DNA of 64,000 bases, taken from an uncultured delta proteobacterium (GTDB lineage Bacteria; Desulfobacterota; Binatia; Binatales; Binataceae). The notes under the pieces were generated by a model that was not told the DNA's origin, searched no databases, and was given only the letters and a program-made list of their open reading frames with translations. The first letter of the stretch is position 1. Each line of letters opens with the position of its first letter. Shown piece by piece: positions 1 to 10,632 of this stretch. Location of the stretch: the NCBI GenBank assembly GCA_963794325.1, contig CAWCDG010000007.1:1-64000 (forward strand), written 5' to 3'. A program made the position numbers and the translations under genes.

Positions 1-597
1 TACGCCAAGCTGCTGCACGAAGATTTGAAGCTGCGCGATTTTATCAAGAAGCGGCTCTACCACGCCGGTATCTCGCGAATTGAAATCGAGCGGATGGCCA
101 ACAAGGCCAAGATAAATATTTACACGGCGCGTCCCGGTATCGTGATCGGCAAGAAGGGCGCGGAAATCGACAAGCTCAAGCTCGATATCCAGAAGCTGAT
201 GAAAGGGCGCGACTCGTTCATCAATATCCACGAGGTGCGCCGCCCCGACCTCGATCCGCAGCTGGTTGCCGAGAATATCGCGCTCCAGCTCGAACGTCGC
301 GTCGCCTTTCGCCGCGCGATGAAAGAGGCGGTCACCCGCGCGATGCGAATGGGTGCGCAGGGCGTCAAGGTGCACGTCGCGGGACGCCTCGGCGGTGCGG
401 AAATCGCGCGCCAGGAATGGTATCGCGAGGGCCGCGTTCCGCTGCAGACGTTGCGCGCCGACGTCGCCTACGGCTTTGCCGAAGCGCGCACGACTTACGG
501 CCAAATCGGCGTGAAGGTCTGGATTTTCCGCGGCGAAGTTCTAACCCGCAAGGATGCGGACGCGAAACGCGCAGGCACTCCGGCGCAGGCGAATTGA
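1..597 (+). CDS. rpsC: 30S ribosomal protein S3 (5' end outside window)
   Basis: Frame 1 is open from base 1; motifs [32 protein letters not shown]; lies upstream of rplP. Confidence 0.97.
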   Translation, partial: YAKLLHEDLKLRDFIKKRLYHAGISRIEIERMANKAKINIYTARPGIVIGKKGAEIDKLKLDIQKLMKGRDSFINIHEVRRPDLDPQLVAENIALQLERRVAFRRAMKEAVTRAMRMGAQGVKVHVAGRLGGAEIARQEWYREGRVPLQTLRADVAYGFAEARTTYGQIGVKVWIFRGEVLTRKDADAKRAGTPAQAN

Positions 598-606
598 AGA
601 AGCAGG

Positions 607-1032
607 ATGCTCGCACCAAAAAAAGTTAAATGGCGCAAGATGATGAAGGGCCGCGTCCGCGGCGCCGAGTCGCGCGGACTCACGCTCGCGTTCGGCGACT
701 ACGGCCTCAAGTCACTCGAGACTTGCCGTATCGACACGCGCGCCCTGGAAGCCGCCCGTATCGCACTGACGCGCCATATCAAGCGCGGCGGCCGCGTCTG
801 GATTCGTGTCTTCCCCGACAAGCCCTTCACGAAAAAGCCGGCTGAAACCCGCATGGGCAAGGGCAAGGGATCGCCCGAAGGATGGGTCGCGTGCGTTCGG
901 CCGGGCAGGATTCTATTCGAGATGGAAGGCGTCGATTACGCGACGGCGAAAGAAGCGATGCGGCTGGCGGCGCACAAGCTTCCGATCAAAACAATTATGG
1001 TCTCGCGCGAGGAGGGTGGCCTTGGAGCTTGA
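607..1032 (+). CDS. rplP: 50S ribosomal protein L16
   Basis: [32 protein letters not shown]; S10 operon order. Confidence 0.98.
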   Translation: MLAPKKVKWRKMMKGRVRGAESRGLTLAFGDYGLKSLETCRIDTRALEAARIALTRHIKRGGRVWIRVFPDKPFTKKPAETRMGKGKGSPEGWVACVRPGRILFEMEGVDYATAKEAMRLAAHKLPIKTIMVSREEGGLGA

Positions 1033-1240
1033 CGAACTAAGGCAGATGACCGCGCCGGACTTGCAGGTCAAAGAGCGCGAGGCGCGCGAGGAAATTTTCC
1101 GCCTGCGCTTGAAGCTGCGCACCAATCAGCTCGACAATCACGCGGGCTACCGGCGCGCGCGCCGCGAGTTGGCGCTCATTTTGACGCTGCTCGGCGAGAA
1201 AAAGCGCCGCGAGAATGCTACGGAGAAGAAGGCAAGTTAA
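1022..1240 (+). CDS. rpmC: 50S ribosomal protein L29 (TTG start inferred)
   Basis: C-terminal part of track ORF 806..1240 reads (M)ELDELRQMT...[14 protein letters not shown]...RRARRELA; GGAGG at 1011-1015; lies between rplP and rpsQ, TAATG overlap with rpsQ. Confidence 0.9.
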   Translation: MELDELRQMTAPDLQVKEREAREEIFRLRLKLRTNQLDNHAGYRRARRELALILTLLGEKKRRENATEKKAS

Positions 1241-1494
1241 TGCGGGAGCGAATTAAACGGCGCGAAGGGACCGTGGTCTCCGCCAAGATGACCAAGACCG
1301 TGCTGGTCAAGGTCGATCGCATGGTCGAGCACGAGCTGTATGGTAAGCGCGAGCGTCGCAGCACCAAGTTCATGGCGCATGACGAACGCGGCGAGTGCAA
1401 AGAGGGCGACCGCGTGCTGATTATCGAGTCGCGCCGGCTCTCCAAAAACAAGCGCTGGCGCGTCAGCAAAGTTCTAAAAAAGGCGGCGGGGTAA
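1240..1494 (+). CDS. rpsQ: 30S ribosomal protein S17
   Basis: [27 protein letters not shown]. Confidence 0.97.
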   Translation: MRERIKRREGTVVSAKMTKTVLVKVDRMVEHELYGKRERRSTKFMAHDERGECKEGDRVLIIESRRLSKNKRWRVSKVLKKAAG

Positions 1495-1503
1495 GGGCGC
1501 GAG

Positions 1504-1871
<368 letters not shown>

Positions 1872-1872
<1 letters not shown>

Positions 1873-2204
1873 TGGCGTCGGCGAAGTACAAGATTAAGAA
1901 GAATGACACCGTGATGGTCGTCACCGGCCGCGACCGCGGCAAGACCGGCAAGGTGATGCGGGTGTTGCCGGAGCGCGGGCGCGTCGTGATCGAGCGGCTC
2001 AATATCGTCAAGCGCCACAGCAAGCCGCGCGGTGCGCAGAGCCCCGGCGGAATCGTCGAGAAGGAAGCGCCGATCGACATCTCGAACGTCATGATTTTTT
2101 GCGATCGCTGCAATGCTCCGGTGAGGGTCGGGATCAAAGCTGCCGACGACGGCTCGAAGAGCCGGGTCTGCCGGCGATGCGGCGAGACAATAGGTAACGA
2201 CTAA
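1872..2204 (+). CDS. rplX: 50S ribosomal protein L24 (with CxxC...CxxC)
   Basis: ATG 1872 overlaps rplN stop (TGATG); [30 protein letters not shown]; CDRC and CRRC present. Confidence 0.95.
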
Positions 2205-3043
2205 TGGCTGACAAAAAAGATAAGCCGGATAAAGTCGATCAGGCCGCCAAGGCCGAGCAGACCGCCAAGTCTGACGCCGCGGCCAAGGCCAAGCGCGAAG
2301 GAAAGGCGCGCCAGGCTCAGCAGAAGCAGGCTGCCGAGGATGCGAAAGCGTCGGCCGCGGCGCCGCTGCCGCCCGAGCCCAAGCTGCCGGCGCGCCTGCG
2401 GGTGCGCTTCGAGAATGAAATCGCGCCGGCCCTGATGCGCGAGCTTAAGATCGACAACAAGATGCGCGTGCCGCGGCTCGAGAAGATCACGATTAACATG
2501 GCGCTGCAGGAAGCTCGCGACAACGTGAAGATCCTCGACTCGGCGCTCGAAGAGCTTAAGGTGATCGCCGGACAGAAGCCGGTGCTGACCCGCGCGCGCA
2601 AGGCGATATCGAATTTCAAGCTGCGCCAGGGGATGCCGATTGGCGTGATGGTCACTCTGCGGCGCGAAAAGATGTGGGAGTTTTTCGATCGGCTGGTGAA
2701 CATCTCGCTGCCTCGCGTGCGCGACTTCCGCGGCGTCAGCGACAAGGCTTTCGACGGGCGCGGCAACTACTCGCTCGGCTTGAAGGAACACACGATTTTC
2801 CCCGAACTCAACCTCGACAAGGTCGAGAAGGTCAAGGGCTTGACGATTTCAATTACGACCACCGCGCGCAGCGATTTCGAAGGGCTGACGCTGCTGCGTG
2901 CGCTCGGGATGCCGATGCGCGGAGCGGCCGAGCGTGAGGCCGACGCGGCCAAGGCGGCGGCAGTAGCGCAAGCACATGCGGCCGCCAGGGCTGCGGTCGC
3001 GGCTGCGGCAACCCCGCCGCCGGCGCCGGATCAGGGGGCATAG
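2204..3043 (+). CDS. rplE: 50S ribosomal protein L5 with long N- and C-terminal Ala/Lys-rich extensions
   Basis: Core [38 protein letters not shown]; ATG overlaps rplX stop (TAATG). Confidence 0.96.
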   Translation: MADKKDKPDKVDQAAKAEQTAKSDAAAKAKREGKARQAQQKQAAEDAKASAAAPLPPEPKLPARLRVRFENEIAPALMRELKIDNKMRVPRLEKITINMALQEARDNVKILDSALEELKVIAGQKPVLTRARKAISNFKLRQGMPIGVMVTLRREKMWEFFDRLVNISLPRVRDFRGVSDKAFDGRGNYSLGLKEHTIFPELNLDKVEKVKGLTISITTTARSDFEGLTLLRALGMPMRGAAEREADAAKAAAVAQAHAAARAAVAAAATPPPAPDQGA

Positions 3044-3052
3044 GGACATCAA

Positions 3053-3238
3053 ATGGCGAAAACGTGCCTGCGGGTCAAGGCGACTCGCAAACCAAAATTC
3101 AAAGTGCGCGCATACAACCGATGCCCGCTATGCGGCCGCGCGCGCGCTTACTACCGGCGTTTCAAGATGTGCAGGTTGTGCCTGCGCAAATACGCGCTCG
3201 ACGGCAAGTTGCCCGGCGTGATCAAAGCGAGCTGGTAA
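3053..3238 (+). CDS. rpsN: 30S ribosomal protein S14, short zinc-binding (type Z) form
   Basis: 61 aa; YNRCPLCGR and CRLCLR; ends PGVIKASW. Confidence 0.97.
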   Translation: MAKTCLRVKATRKPKFKVRAYNRCPLCGRARAYYRRFKMCRLCLRKYALDGKLPGVIKASW

Positions 3239-3250
3239 AAGAGACCAATT

Positions 3251-3649
3251 ATGTCGCAGACCGATCCGATTGCTGAACTGCTCACCCGAATCCGCAACGC
3301 GATGCGCGCGCGGTACAACGAACTCACCCTGCCGCATTCACGGCTGCGTGAGGCGATTTGCCGCGTGCTGATGGCCGAAGGCTTTCTGAGTGGCGTCGAA
3401 GTGGGCGGCGAAGCACCCAAGAAAATGCTGGCGCTCAAGCTGCGTTACTCGCCGACCCGCGAGTCGGTAATTCGCGGGATCGATCGCATCAGCAAGCCGA
3501 GCAATCGACGTTATGCGGGTGCTGCCGAGATCGGCAAGGTGCGCGGCGCGATGGGCGTGCAAATCGTTTCCACTCCGCTCGGCGTGATGACCGGTCGCGA
3601 GGCGCGGCGCAGAAAGGTCGGCGGCGAAATTCTCTGCAGGGTTTGGTAA
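3251..3649 (+). CDS. rpsH: 30S ribosomal protein S8
   Basis: TDPIAELLTRIRNA, IVSTPLGVMT, GGEILCRVW. Confidence 0.98.
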   Translation: MSQTDPIAELLTRIRNAMRARYNELTLPHSRLREAICRVLMAEGFLSGVEVGGEAPKKMLALKLRYSPTRESVIRGIDRISKPSNRRYAGAAEIGKVRGAMGVQIVSTPLGVMTGREARRRKVGGEILCRVW

Positions 3650-3655
3650 TCAGCC

Positions 3656-4207
3656 ATGTCGCGCATAGGAAGACTACCGATTCATCTCGACAAGACCGTC
3701 AAGGCCTCGGTTACCGGCTCGACGCTCAAAGTCGAAGGCCCCAAGGGCAAGCTCGAGATCAAGCTTCATCCCGGCTTCACCGTCGAGATCAAGGATTCGG
3801 AAATCCTCGTGAAGCGTCCGGGCGATACCAGCGAGGAGCGCTCGATTCACGGGCTGATGCGCAAGCTGGTCGCCAACATGGTCGAAGGCGTCGGCAAGGG
3901 ATTTACGCGAGTGCTCGAGATTAACGGCGTCGGCTATCGCGCGGAGGCCAAGGGCCAGCAGGTAAATCTGACGCTCGGCTACTCGCATCCGATTGTGTAT
4001 CAGCTTCCCCAGGGCGTCACCGCAAAAGTTGAGAAGCAGGTGACGGTCACACTCGAGAGCGCCGACCGGCAGTTGCTCGGCACCGTCGCGGCGCAGATTC
4101 GCGAGCTTCGGCCGCCGGAGCCGTACAAGGGAAAAGGAATCAAGTACGCCGCCGAGACCATTCGTCGCAAGGCCGGCAAGGCTGCGGCGGGCTCGACCTC
4201 GGCGTAA
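3656..4207 (+). CDS. rplF: 50S ribosomal protein L6
   Basis: [33 protein letters not shown]. Confidence 0.98.
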   Translation: MSRIGRLPIHLDKTVKASVTGSTLKVEGPKGKLEIKLHPGFTVEIKDSEILVKRPGDTSEERSIHGLMRKLVANMVEGVGKGFTRVLEINGVGYRAEAKGQQVNLTLGYSHPIVYQLPQGVTAKVEKQVTVTLESADRQLLGTVAAQIRELRPPEPYKGKGIKYAAETIRRKAGKAAAGSTSA

Positions 4208-4221
4208 AGGTTGTAACGATT

Positions 4222-4584
4222 ATGGCGCTAGTGCGATCAGAAAAACGCAAGCTGCGACAGGGACGCGTGCGCCGCAAGGCGGTCGGCAACGACAGTCGCC
4301 CGCGGCTGTCGGTGTTCCGCTCGCTGCATCATATATACGTCCAGGTGATTTCCGACGAGAGTGGTCGCACGCTCGCCGCCGCCTCGACCGAAACGGCCGG
4401 TGTGCGCGAGGGCCTGACCAGCAAGCGCAATCTCGCGGCCGCCAAAGCGGTGGGCAAGGCGATCGCGGAACGATGCCTTCAGAGCGGCATCTCGAATGTC
4501 GTGTTCGATCGAAACGGATTTCTCTATCACGGCCGCGTCAAAGCGGTGGCCGACGCGGCGCGCGAAGCGGGGTTAAAATTTTGA
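4222..4584 (+). CDS. rplR: 50S ribosomal protein L18
   Basis: [35 protein letters not shown]. Confidence 0.98.
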   Translation: MALVRSEKRKLRQGRVRRKAVGNDSRPRLSVFRSLHHIYVQVISDESGRTLAAASTETAGVREGLTSKRNLAAAKAVGKAIAERCLQSGISNVVFDRNGFLYHGRVKAVADAAREAGLKF

Positions 4585-5126
4585 ACGGCAGGCAACGAAC
4601 ATTACGCGAAGGCACGGTCGTCCAGCGAATCGATCCGCAGGGCCTCGAGATCAAAGAGAAGGTCGTGCATATCAACCGCGTCGCGAAAGTCGTGAAGGGT
4701 GGACGCCGCTTCAGCTTCAGCGCGCTGGTGGTTGCGGGCGATCACAACGGGCTGGTCGGATTTGGTCTGGGCAAGGCCAACGAAGTGCCCGAGGCGATTC
4801 GCAAGGGCGTCGATCGCGCCAAGAAAAGTCTGGTTCGCGTGCCGATTCAGGACGGTACTATTCCGCATGAAGTGGTCGGACGTTTCGGCGCTGGACGCGT
4901 CGTGCTGCGGCCGGCTGCCGAGGGCACCGGGGTTATCGCAGCCGGCGGTGTGCGCGCGGTGGTCGAGCTCGCGGGTATCCGCAACATCCTGACCAAGCGG
5001 CTGGGCTCGTCGAATCCTCACAACCTGGTGAAAGCCACCCTCGAAGCGCTCGCCGAACTGCGCAGCACCCAGGATATCAACCGTCTCCGCGGCCGCACCC
5101 CAAATCAACCCGAAGCCGCCGCGTGA
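4581..5126 (+). CDS. rpsE: 30S ribosomal protein S5 (TTG start overlapping rplR stop inferred)
   Basis: [29 protein letters not shown]; TTGA overlap at 4581-4584 is more plausible than the track start at 4473. Confidence 0.95.
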   Translation: MNGRQRTLREGTVVQRIDPQGLEIKEKVVHINRVAKVVKGGRRFSFSALVVAGDHNGLVGFGLGKANEVPEAIRKGVDRAKKSLVRVPIQDGTIPHEVVGRFGAGRVVLRPAAEGTGVIAAGGVRAVVELAGIRNILTKRLGSSNPHNLVKATLEALAELRSTQDINRLRGRTPNQPEAAA

Positions 5127-5144
5127 TCGAGGCTTTAGAATACG

Positions 5145-5327
5145 ATGTCCGATAAAATCCGCGTCAAGCTCGTCGGCAGTCCGATCAGCACCAATCGCCG
5201 CGTGCGTGAGACGGTCAAGGGCCTCGGCCTCGGCAAAGTCGGCAGCGTGCGCGAGCTCAAGCGCAGCGCGGCGGTCGAGGGGATGGTCAAACGGCTGAAG
5301 CATCTGGTAGTCGAGCTCAAGGATTAG
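5145..5327 (+). CDS. rpmD: 50S ribosomal protein L30
   Basis: 60 aa; KLVGSPI...TVKGLGL...[10 protein letters not shown]; lies between rpsE and rplO. Confidence 0.93.
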   Translation: MSDKIRVKLVGSPISTNRRVRETVKGLGLGKVGSVRELKRSAAVEGMVKRLKHLVVELKD

Positions 5328-5336
5328 GCTCTGTTT

Positions 5337-5804
5337 ATGGATTTGAAGGATCTGAAACCGTCTCCCGGCTCGACCCATCGCAAACGCCGCGTCGGACGTG
5401 GAATCGGCTCGGGCCACGGCAAGACCGCCGGCCGCGGGCACAAGGGATTGGGCGCGCGCTCGCACGGCAACACGCCGCCGAGTTACGAAGGCGGCCAGAT
5501 GCCCTTGCAACGGCGCTTGCCCAAGCAGGGATTTCGTCGCACCCTTAAGAACCAGGCGCGTCGCGAGGAATTCGCGATTGTGAATCTGTCGCGGCTCGGC
5601 GACTTCGACGCAGGCGTCACTATCGACGCCGCCGCACTCGCCGCGCGCGGACTGATTCCCGCCGGTCGCAAGGTCAAGGTTTTAGGCGACGGCGATTTGA
5701 AGAGTAAGATTAAAGTGCGCGCCGATGCGTTCTCGAAAAGCGCGCTGGATAAAATCGCCGCCGCGGGCGGCGTCGCGGAGTTGGTAGCGCCAAAAGAAAG
5801 CTAG
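5337..5804 (+). CDS. rplO: 50S ribosomal protein L15
   Basis: [33 protein letters not shown]. Confidence 0.98.
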   Translation: MDLKDLKPSPGSTHRKRRVGRGIGSGHGKTAGRGHKGLGARSHGNTPPSYEGGQMPLQRRLPKQGFRRTLKNQARREEFAIVNLSRLGDFDAGVTIDAAALAARGLIPAGRKVKVLGDGDLKSKIKVRADAFSKSALDKIAAAGGVAELVAPKES

Positions 5805-7112
5805 ATGCTCGACGGGTTTTCAAACGCCTCGCGCATCCCTGAATTGCGCCGACGGCTGGTTTTCACCGCCCTCATGCTGGCTGTGTACCGGATTGGTGTC
5901 GCCGTGCCCACCCCCGGCATCGACGGCCAGGCGCTCGCGTCGTTCTTCGACGCTGCCAGTGGCACGCTCTTCGGATGGGTCAATCTGTTTTCGGGTGGCG
6001 CGCTCGAGCGCTTCTCGGTCCTCGCGCTCGGCATCATGCCGTACATCTCGGTCGCCATCGTCCTCGACCTGCTGAAAATCGCGTCGCCCTATCTCGACGA
6101 GCTATACAAGGAAGGCGAGGCCGGCCGCCGCAAGATTACCCAGTACACCCGCTATGGCACCGTGCTGCTGGCTCTTTTCCAGGGCACGATGATCGCGTTC
6201 TCGCTGGAAAAGATTCAGGCCCCCGGCGGCGGCAGTATCGTTTACAATCCCGGCCCCGGCTTCATCGTGATGACGGTGCTTACCGTGACCGCCGGGACGA
6301 TGTTCCTGATGTGGATTGGTGAGCAGATCACTGAGCGCGGAATCGGCAACGGCATTTCGCTGATCATCATGGCGGGAATCGTTGCTCGACTCCCGAGCGC
6401 AATCGGCACCACCGCGCAGTTTGTGCGCGAGGGCGAAATGAGCATCTTCCTGCTCATCTTCATCCTCGCAGTCGCCGCGGGGGTTATCTTCGGTATCGTT
6501 TATATCGAGACTGCGCAGCGCCGCATCCCGATCCAGTATGCGCGCCGAGTCGTCGGTCGCCGCGTGTACGGCGGTCAGAGCTCGCATCTGCCCTTGAAGA
6601 TCAACACCTCGGGCGTCATTCCGCCGATTTTTGCCTCCGCGCTATTGGTCTTCCCGGCGACGCTCGCGACCTTCGTTCCATTTTTGAAACCGTATTCGAG
6701 TTACCTGACTCCCGGCGGCATCTACTACGACCTCGTTTACGTCGCGCTGATTTTCTTCTTTTGTTATTTCTACACGTCGGTGACTTTCAACCCGGTCGAC
6801 GTCGCCGACAATCTAAAAAAATACGGCGGCTTCATCCCGGGGATCCGGCCCGGACGTTTCACCGCCGACTATATCGACCGCGTGTTGTCGCGAATCACGC
6901 TCGGCGGCGCGGTTTACGTGAGCGCCGTATGCGTCCTGCCGACCATCCTTATCGCGCGCTTCAACGTGCCGTTCTTCTTCGGCGGCACCGCACTGTTGAT
7001 CGTCGTGGGCGTCGCGCTCGACACGGTCGCACAAATCGAAACCCATCTGTTGACTCGCAACTACGAGGGCTTCATGCGTCGTGGACGGGTCAAGACCAAG
7101 AGGGGTGCCTAA
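5805..7112 (+). CDS. secY: Preprotein translocase subunit SecY
   Basis: LGIMPYIS, GIGNGISLII, GFIPGIRPG, FGGTALLIVVGV; multi-pass membrane protein. Confidence 0.99.
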   Translation: MLDGFSNASRIPELRRRLVFTALMLAVYRIGVAVPTPGIDGQALASFFDAASGTLFGWVNLFSGGALERFSVLALGIMPYISVAIVLDLLKIASPYLDELYKEGEAGRRKITQYTRYGTVLLALFQGTMIAFSLEKIQAPGGGSIVYNPGPGFIVMTVLTVTAGTMFLMWIGEQITERGIGNGISLIIMAGIVARLPSAIGTTAQFVREGEMSIFLLIFILAVAAGVIFGIVYIETAQRRIPIQYARRVVGRRVYGGQSSHLPLKINTSGVIPPIFASALLVFPATLATFVPFLKPYSSYLTPGGIYYDLVYVALIFFFCYFYTSVTFNPVDVADNLKKYGGFIPGIRPGRFTADYIDRVLSRITLGGAVYVSAVCVLPTILIARFNVPFFFGGTALLIVVGVALDTVAQIETHLLTRNYEGFMRRGRVKTKRGA

Positions 7113-7116
7113 TCAG

Positions 7117-7779
7117 GTGAGGATTGCGCTGCTGGGCCCGCCGGGTGCGGGCAAGGGTACTCAGGCGCGGGCGCTCGCACTGCTATGGGGTATCCCGCAA
7201 GTTGCCAGCGGCGATCTCTTGCGAGCGGTAGTGCGCGAAGACTCGGAACTTGGTCGCGAGGCGGCCAGCTACATGGATCGCGGGCAACTGGTGCCCGACG
7301 AATTGGTGCTCAAACTGATCGCGGAACGGCTCAGGGAAAAAGACGCCCACAAGGGATTCATCCTGGACGGATTTCCGCGCAACGTGTCGCAAGCGGAAGC
7401 GCTGGCGAAGGGACTCGATCGGTTCGGGCTGAAGCTCGACAAAGCGGTCGCGGTAATCGTGCCCGACGAAGAGATCGTGAAGCGAATTTCAGGACGGCGC
7501 ACTTGCGCGAAATGCAATGCGATGTATCACGTGGCCTTCGAGCCGCCGGCGAAGCCCGGCATATGCGACAAATGCGGAGGCCAACTTTATCAGCGCGAAG
7601 ACGACGCCGAGGACACCGTGCGCGAACGCCTCAAAGTCTATGCGGAAACCACCCGCCCGCTGCTCGATCATTACGGCCGGCTCGGCTTGCTCGCGCAGGT
7701 CAACGGAGTAGGCCGCACCGACGACGTCGAAAAGCGGATCCTGTCCGCAGTAAACGGAGTCGCACCGCCGCCCAAGTGA
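7117..7779 (+). CDS. adk: Adenylate kinase with zinc-binding LID (GTG start inferred)
   Basis: LLGPPGAGKGTQA, ILDGFPR, CAKC...CDKC in LID, QREDD. Confidence 0.97.
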   Translation: MRIALLGPPGAGKGTQARALALLWGIPQVASGDLLRAVVREDSELGREAASYMDRGQLVPDELVLKLIAERLREKDAHKGFILDGFPRNVSQAEALAKGLDRFGLKLDKAVAVIVPDEEIVKRISGRRTCAKCNAMYHVAFEPPAKPGICDKCGGQLYQREDDAEDTVRERLKVYAETTRPLLDHYGRLGLLAQVNGVGRTDDVEKRILSAVNGVAPPPK

Positions 7780-7852
7780 AAGATGCGAACGGCGCAATCA
7801 TGATTATTATTTCCGCGCGCGACAACGGAGCGCGGTCTTTATACTGAAATAA

Positions 7853-8623
7853 ATGATTACTATTAAAACTGCGGCTGAAATTGCCGTGATGCGGAAGGCG
7901 AGCCAAATCGTCGCTGAGATTCTCGAGGCGCTGGCCGCGGCCGTCCGCCCGGGAATCACGACTGAGGAGCTCGATAAGCTGGCTGAAGATCTGACCTACA
8001 AAAAAGGCGCAAAGCCCGCCTTCAAGGGCTACAAGCCGGGCGATGTCGTGTACCCGAAATGCCTGTGCGTGTCGATTAACAATGAAATCGTCCACGGCAT
8101 CCCGTCGAGCCGCAAATTGAAAGCCGGCGACATCGTCGGTCTCGACTTTGGCGTCGTGTACGAAGGCTTCTATGGCGACTCTGCCCGCACGGTCGCGGTC
8201 GGCCCGGTGCCCGAGCGGGTGACGCGGCTACTGCAGGTGACCAGGCAGTCCCTCTACGCGGGAATCGCACAGGCCCGCGCCGGCAATCGCATTAGCGACA
8301 TCGCGCGCGCGGTGCAGGAAACAGTCGAGCGCGCCGGGTTTTCGGTGGTGACTGACTTCGCGGGCCACGGCATCGGCCGCCGCCTCCACGAGGACCCGCA
8401 GGTGCCGAATTATTTTCGCCCCGGGATGCCGAATCCGCGCCTTCGCGAGGGCATGGCACTGGCAATTGAGCCGATGGTTAACGAGGGAACCCCCGATTTG
8501 GAGATACTTTCCGATGGCTGGACTGCGGTGACGGCGGACGGTAAACTATCTGCCCACTTCGAGCATTCCATCGCAATCACTTCCAACGGACCTGAAATTT
8601 TAAGCGAACTGGAAAATGTCTAA
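7853..8623 (+). CDS. map: Methionine aminopeptidase type I
   Basis: [31 protein letters not shown]. Confidence 0.98.
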   Translation: MITIKTAAEIAVMRKASQIVAEILEALAAAVRPGITTEELDKLAEDLTYKKGAKPAFKGYKPGDVVYPKCLCVSINNEIVHGIPSSRKLKAGDIVGLDFGVVYEGFYGDSARTVAVGPVPERVTRLLQVTRQSLYAGIAQARAGNRISDIARAVQETVERAGFSVVTDFAGHGIGRRLHEDPQVPNYFRPGMPNPRLREGMALAIEPMVNEGTPDLEILSDGWTAVTADGKLSAHFEHSIAITSNGPEILSELENV

Positions 8624-8834
8624 AGGCGACGCAATCGAAGTACAAGGGACGGTTCAGGAAGCCCTCCCCAATGCGGTGTTCAGAGTAACGCTCGACAACG
8701 GGCACAAGGTGTTGGCCCATATTTCGGGCAAGATGAGGATGCATTACATCAAGATTCTGGCGGGAGATAAGGTCACGGTGGAACTCTCTCCGTACGACCT
8801 GACTCGCGGCCGGATAACTTATCGGATGCGATAG
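8616..8834 (+). CDS. infA: Translation initiation factor IF-1
   Basis: [36 protein letters not shown]. Confidence 0.98.
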   Translation: MSKGDAIEVQGTVQEALPNAVFRVTLDNGHKVLAHISGKMRMHYIKILAGDKVTVELSPYDLTRGRITYRMR

Positions 8835-8842
8835 AGATTCAT

Positions 8843-8956
8843 ATGAAGGTCAGGGCGTCGGTAAAAAAGATTTGTAAGAACTGCAAAGTGGTGCGTCGCG
8901 AAGGCGTCGTGCGCATCCTGTGCTCCAACCCGCGCCACAAGCAGCGCCAGGGCTAG
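8843..8956 (+). CDS. rpmJ: 50S ribosomal protein L36 (below ORF-track length cutoff)
   Basis: Translated by hand: [37 protein letters not shown], 37 aa. Confidence 0.97.
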   Translation: MKVRASVKKICKNCKVVRREGVVRILCSNPRHKQRQG

Positions 8957-8969
8957 GAAGGGTCTCGCG

Positions 8970-9353
8970 ATGGCACGAATTGCTGGAGTCGAACTCCCGA
9001 AAAACAAGCGGATGGATATAGCGCTCACCTATATCTACGGAATAGGCCGGCCGAGCGCGCTGAAAATCCTCGCTGCTGCGAAGGTCGATCCTGCAATCAA
9101 GACTGACGACCTGTCCGCCGACCAGCAGGTCCATATCCGCCAGGTGATCGACACCGACTTCGAAGTCGAAGGCGATTTGCGCCGCGACTTTCAGCAGTCG
9201 ATCAAGCGCCTGATGGATCTTGGATGCTACCGCGGCATCCGGCATCGTCGAGGACTTCCGGTCCGTGGCCAGCGCACGCATACCAACGCACGCACCCGCA
9301 AAGGCCCGCGCAAAGTCGTCGCGGGCAAGAAGATGGCGCCGCCCAAGGGCTAA
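8970..9353 (+). CDS. rpsM: 30S ribosomal protein S13
   Basis: [42 protein letters not shown]. Confidence 0.98.
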   Translation: MARIAGVELPKNKRMDIALTYIYGIGRPSALKILAAAKVDPAIKTDDLSADQQVHIRQVIDTDFEVEGDLRRDFQQSIKRLMDLGCYRGIRHRRGLPVRGQRTHTNARTRKGPRKVVAGKKMAPPKG

Positions 9354-9430
9354 CGTCCAAAAGCGCGCGACAGGAAGGAAATTTTCGCCGATCTGCCACA
9401 GACAACTGGATTCACTGAAAAAAGAAAAAA

Positions 9431-9883
9431 ATGGCTGAAGAAACTAAAGAAGAGAAGAAGCCCGCTGCTGCGACGCCCGCTGCTGGTGCTGCTGGAGCAC
9501 CTGCTCCTGCGCCGCGCCGCAAGAAGGTCCGCCGCAACGTTCCCGAAGGCGTTGCGCATGTGCATGCGACCTTCAACAACACGATCGTGACGATCACCGA
9601 TCAGCAAGGCACCGTGATTGCCTGGTCGAGCGCCGGCTCGGTCGGCTTCAAGGGCTCGCGCAAAGGCACTCCTTATGCCGCCCAGATGGCGGCGGAAGCG
9701 TGTGCGCGCAAATGCTCGGAAGTTGGGATGCGCGCGGTTGTCGTCCATGTCAAAGGTCCCGGCGGTGGACGCGAATCAGCTGTGCGCGCGCTGCAAGCGG
9801 CGGGTCTCGGCGTGATCTCAATCAAGGACGTCACTCCGATTCCGCACAACGGATGCCGTCCGCCAAAACGGCGTCGAGTCTGA
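9431..9883 (+). CDS. rpsK: 30S ribosomal protein S11 with Ala/Pro-rich N-terminal extension
   Basis: [45 protein letters not shown]. Confidence 0.98.
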   Translation: MAEETKEEKKPAAATPAAGAAGAPAPAPRRKKVRRNVPEGVAHVHATFNNTIVTITDQQGTVIAWSSAGSVGFKGSRKGTPYAAQMAAEACARKCSEVGMRAVVVHVKGPGGGRESAVRALQAAGLGVISIKDVTPIPHNGCRPPKRRRV

Positions 9884-9920
9884 CCCGAAATACTCGCGAG
9901 TGAAGAAGGCAATATAGAAC

Positions 9921-10547
9921 ATGGCAAGGAACCTAGGCCCCGTTTGCCGCTTGTGTCGGCGCGAAGGATTGAAACTCTTCCTCAAGGGAGAGCGATGCTA
10001 CAGCGACAAGTGCGCGATCGAGCGGCGCAACTATCCGCCCGGCGCACACGGACAGGCGCGCACGCGGTTTTCTGAATTCGCGATCCGTCTGCGCGAGAAG
10101 CAGAAGGTCAAGCGCATCTACGGGATGATGGAGCGGCAGTTCTCCGAATACTTCGCGATGGCCGAGCGGATGGACGGAGTTACCGGCGAGAATTTGCTCG
10201 TGTTACTCGAGCGGCGCCTCGACAACGTGGTGTATCGCCTCGGCTTCGCAAGTTCGCTCGCGCAGGCGCGACAAGTCGTTCGTCACGGACATATCCAGGT
10301 AAACGGCAAGAAAGTTACGATTCCCTCGATCCTGGTCGAGGTTGGCAGTGTGATCAGCGTGGCCGAGGCGAGCCGCACCAAAAAGGTGATCGTCGAGGCA
10401 ATCGAGATGGCGCAGCGTCGCGGCGTACCGCCGTGGATGGCACTCGAGCGCGAACAATTCCGCGGCTCGCTCCGGTCGCTGCCGGCGCGCGCTGAACTGA
10501 CAATGCCGATCAGCGAGAAGCTGATCGTCGAGCATTACTCAAGATAG
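9921..10547 (+). CDS. rpsD: 30S ribosomal protein S4 (zinc-binding type)
   Basis: CRLCRRE...[31 protein letters not shown]. Confidence 0.98.
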   Translation: MARNLGPVCRLCRREGLKLFLKGERCYSDKCAIERRNYPPGAHGQARTRFSEFAIRLREKQKVKRIYGMMERQFSEYFAMAERMDGVTGENLLVLLERRLDNVVYRLGFASSLAQARQVVRHGHIQVNGKKVTIPSILVEVGSVISVAEASRTKKVIVEAIEMAQRRGVPPWMALEREQFRGSLRSLPARAELTMPISEKLIVEHYSR

Positions 10548-10632
10548 GGCGGAGGCTACCGATTCTGGCGTCCCGGTCCGTGGTGGACCTGTGTGGGCGC
10601 GGGAAATCCATCGGGAAAAAAGAGCATAGACC

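Noticed and set aside
2905-2940. Idea that the uL5 C-terminal tail is a frameshift artefact (TGA at 2935-2937 in another frame)
   Set aside because: The in-frame tail uses regular GCN codons and ends 9 nt before rpsN; the alternative would leave an unexplained 115-nt spacer.
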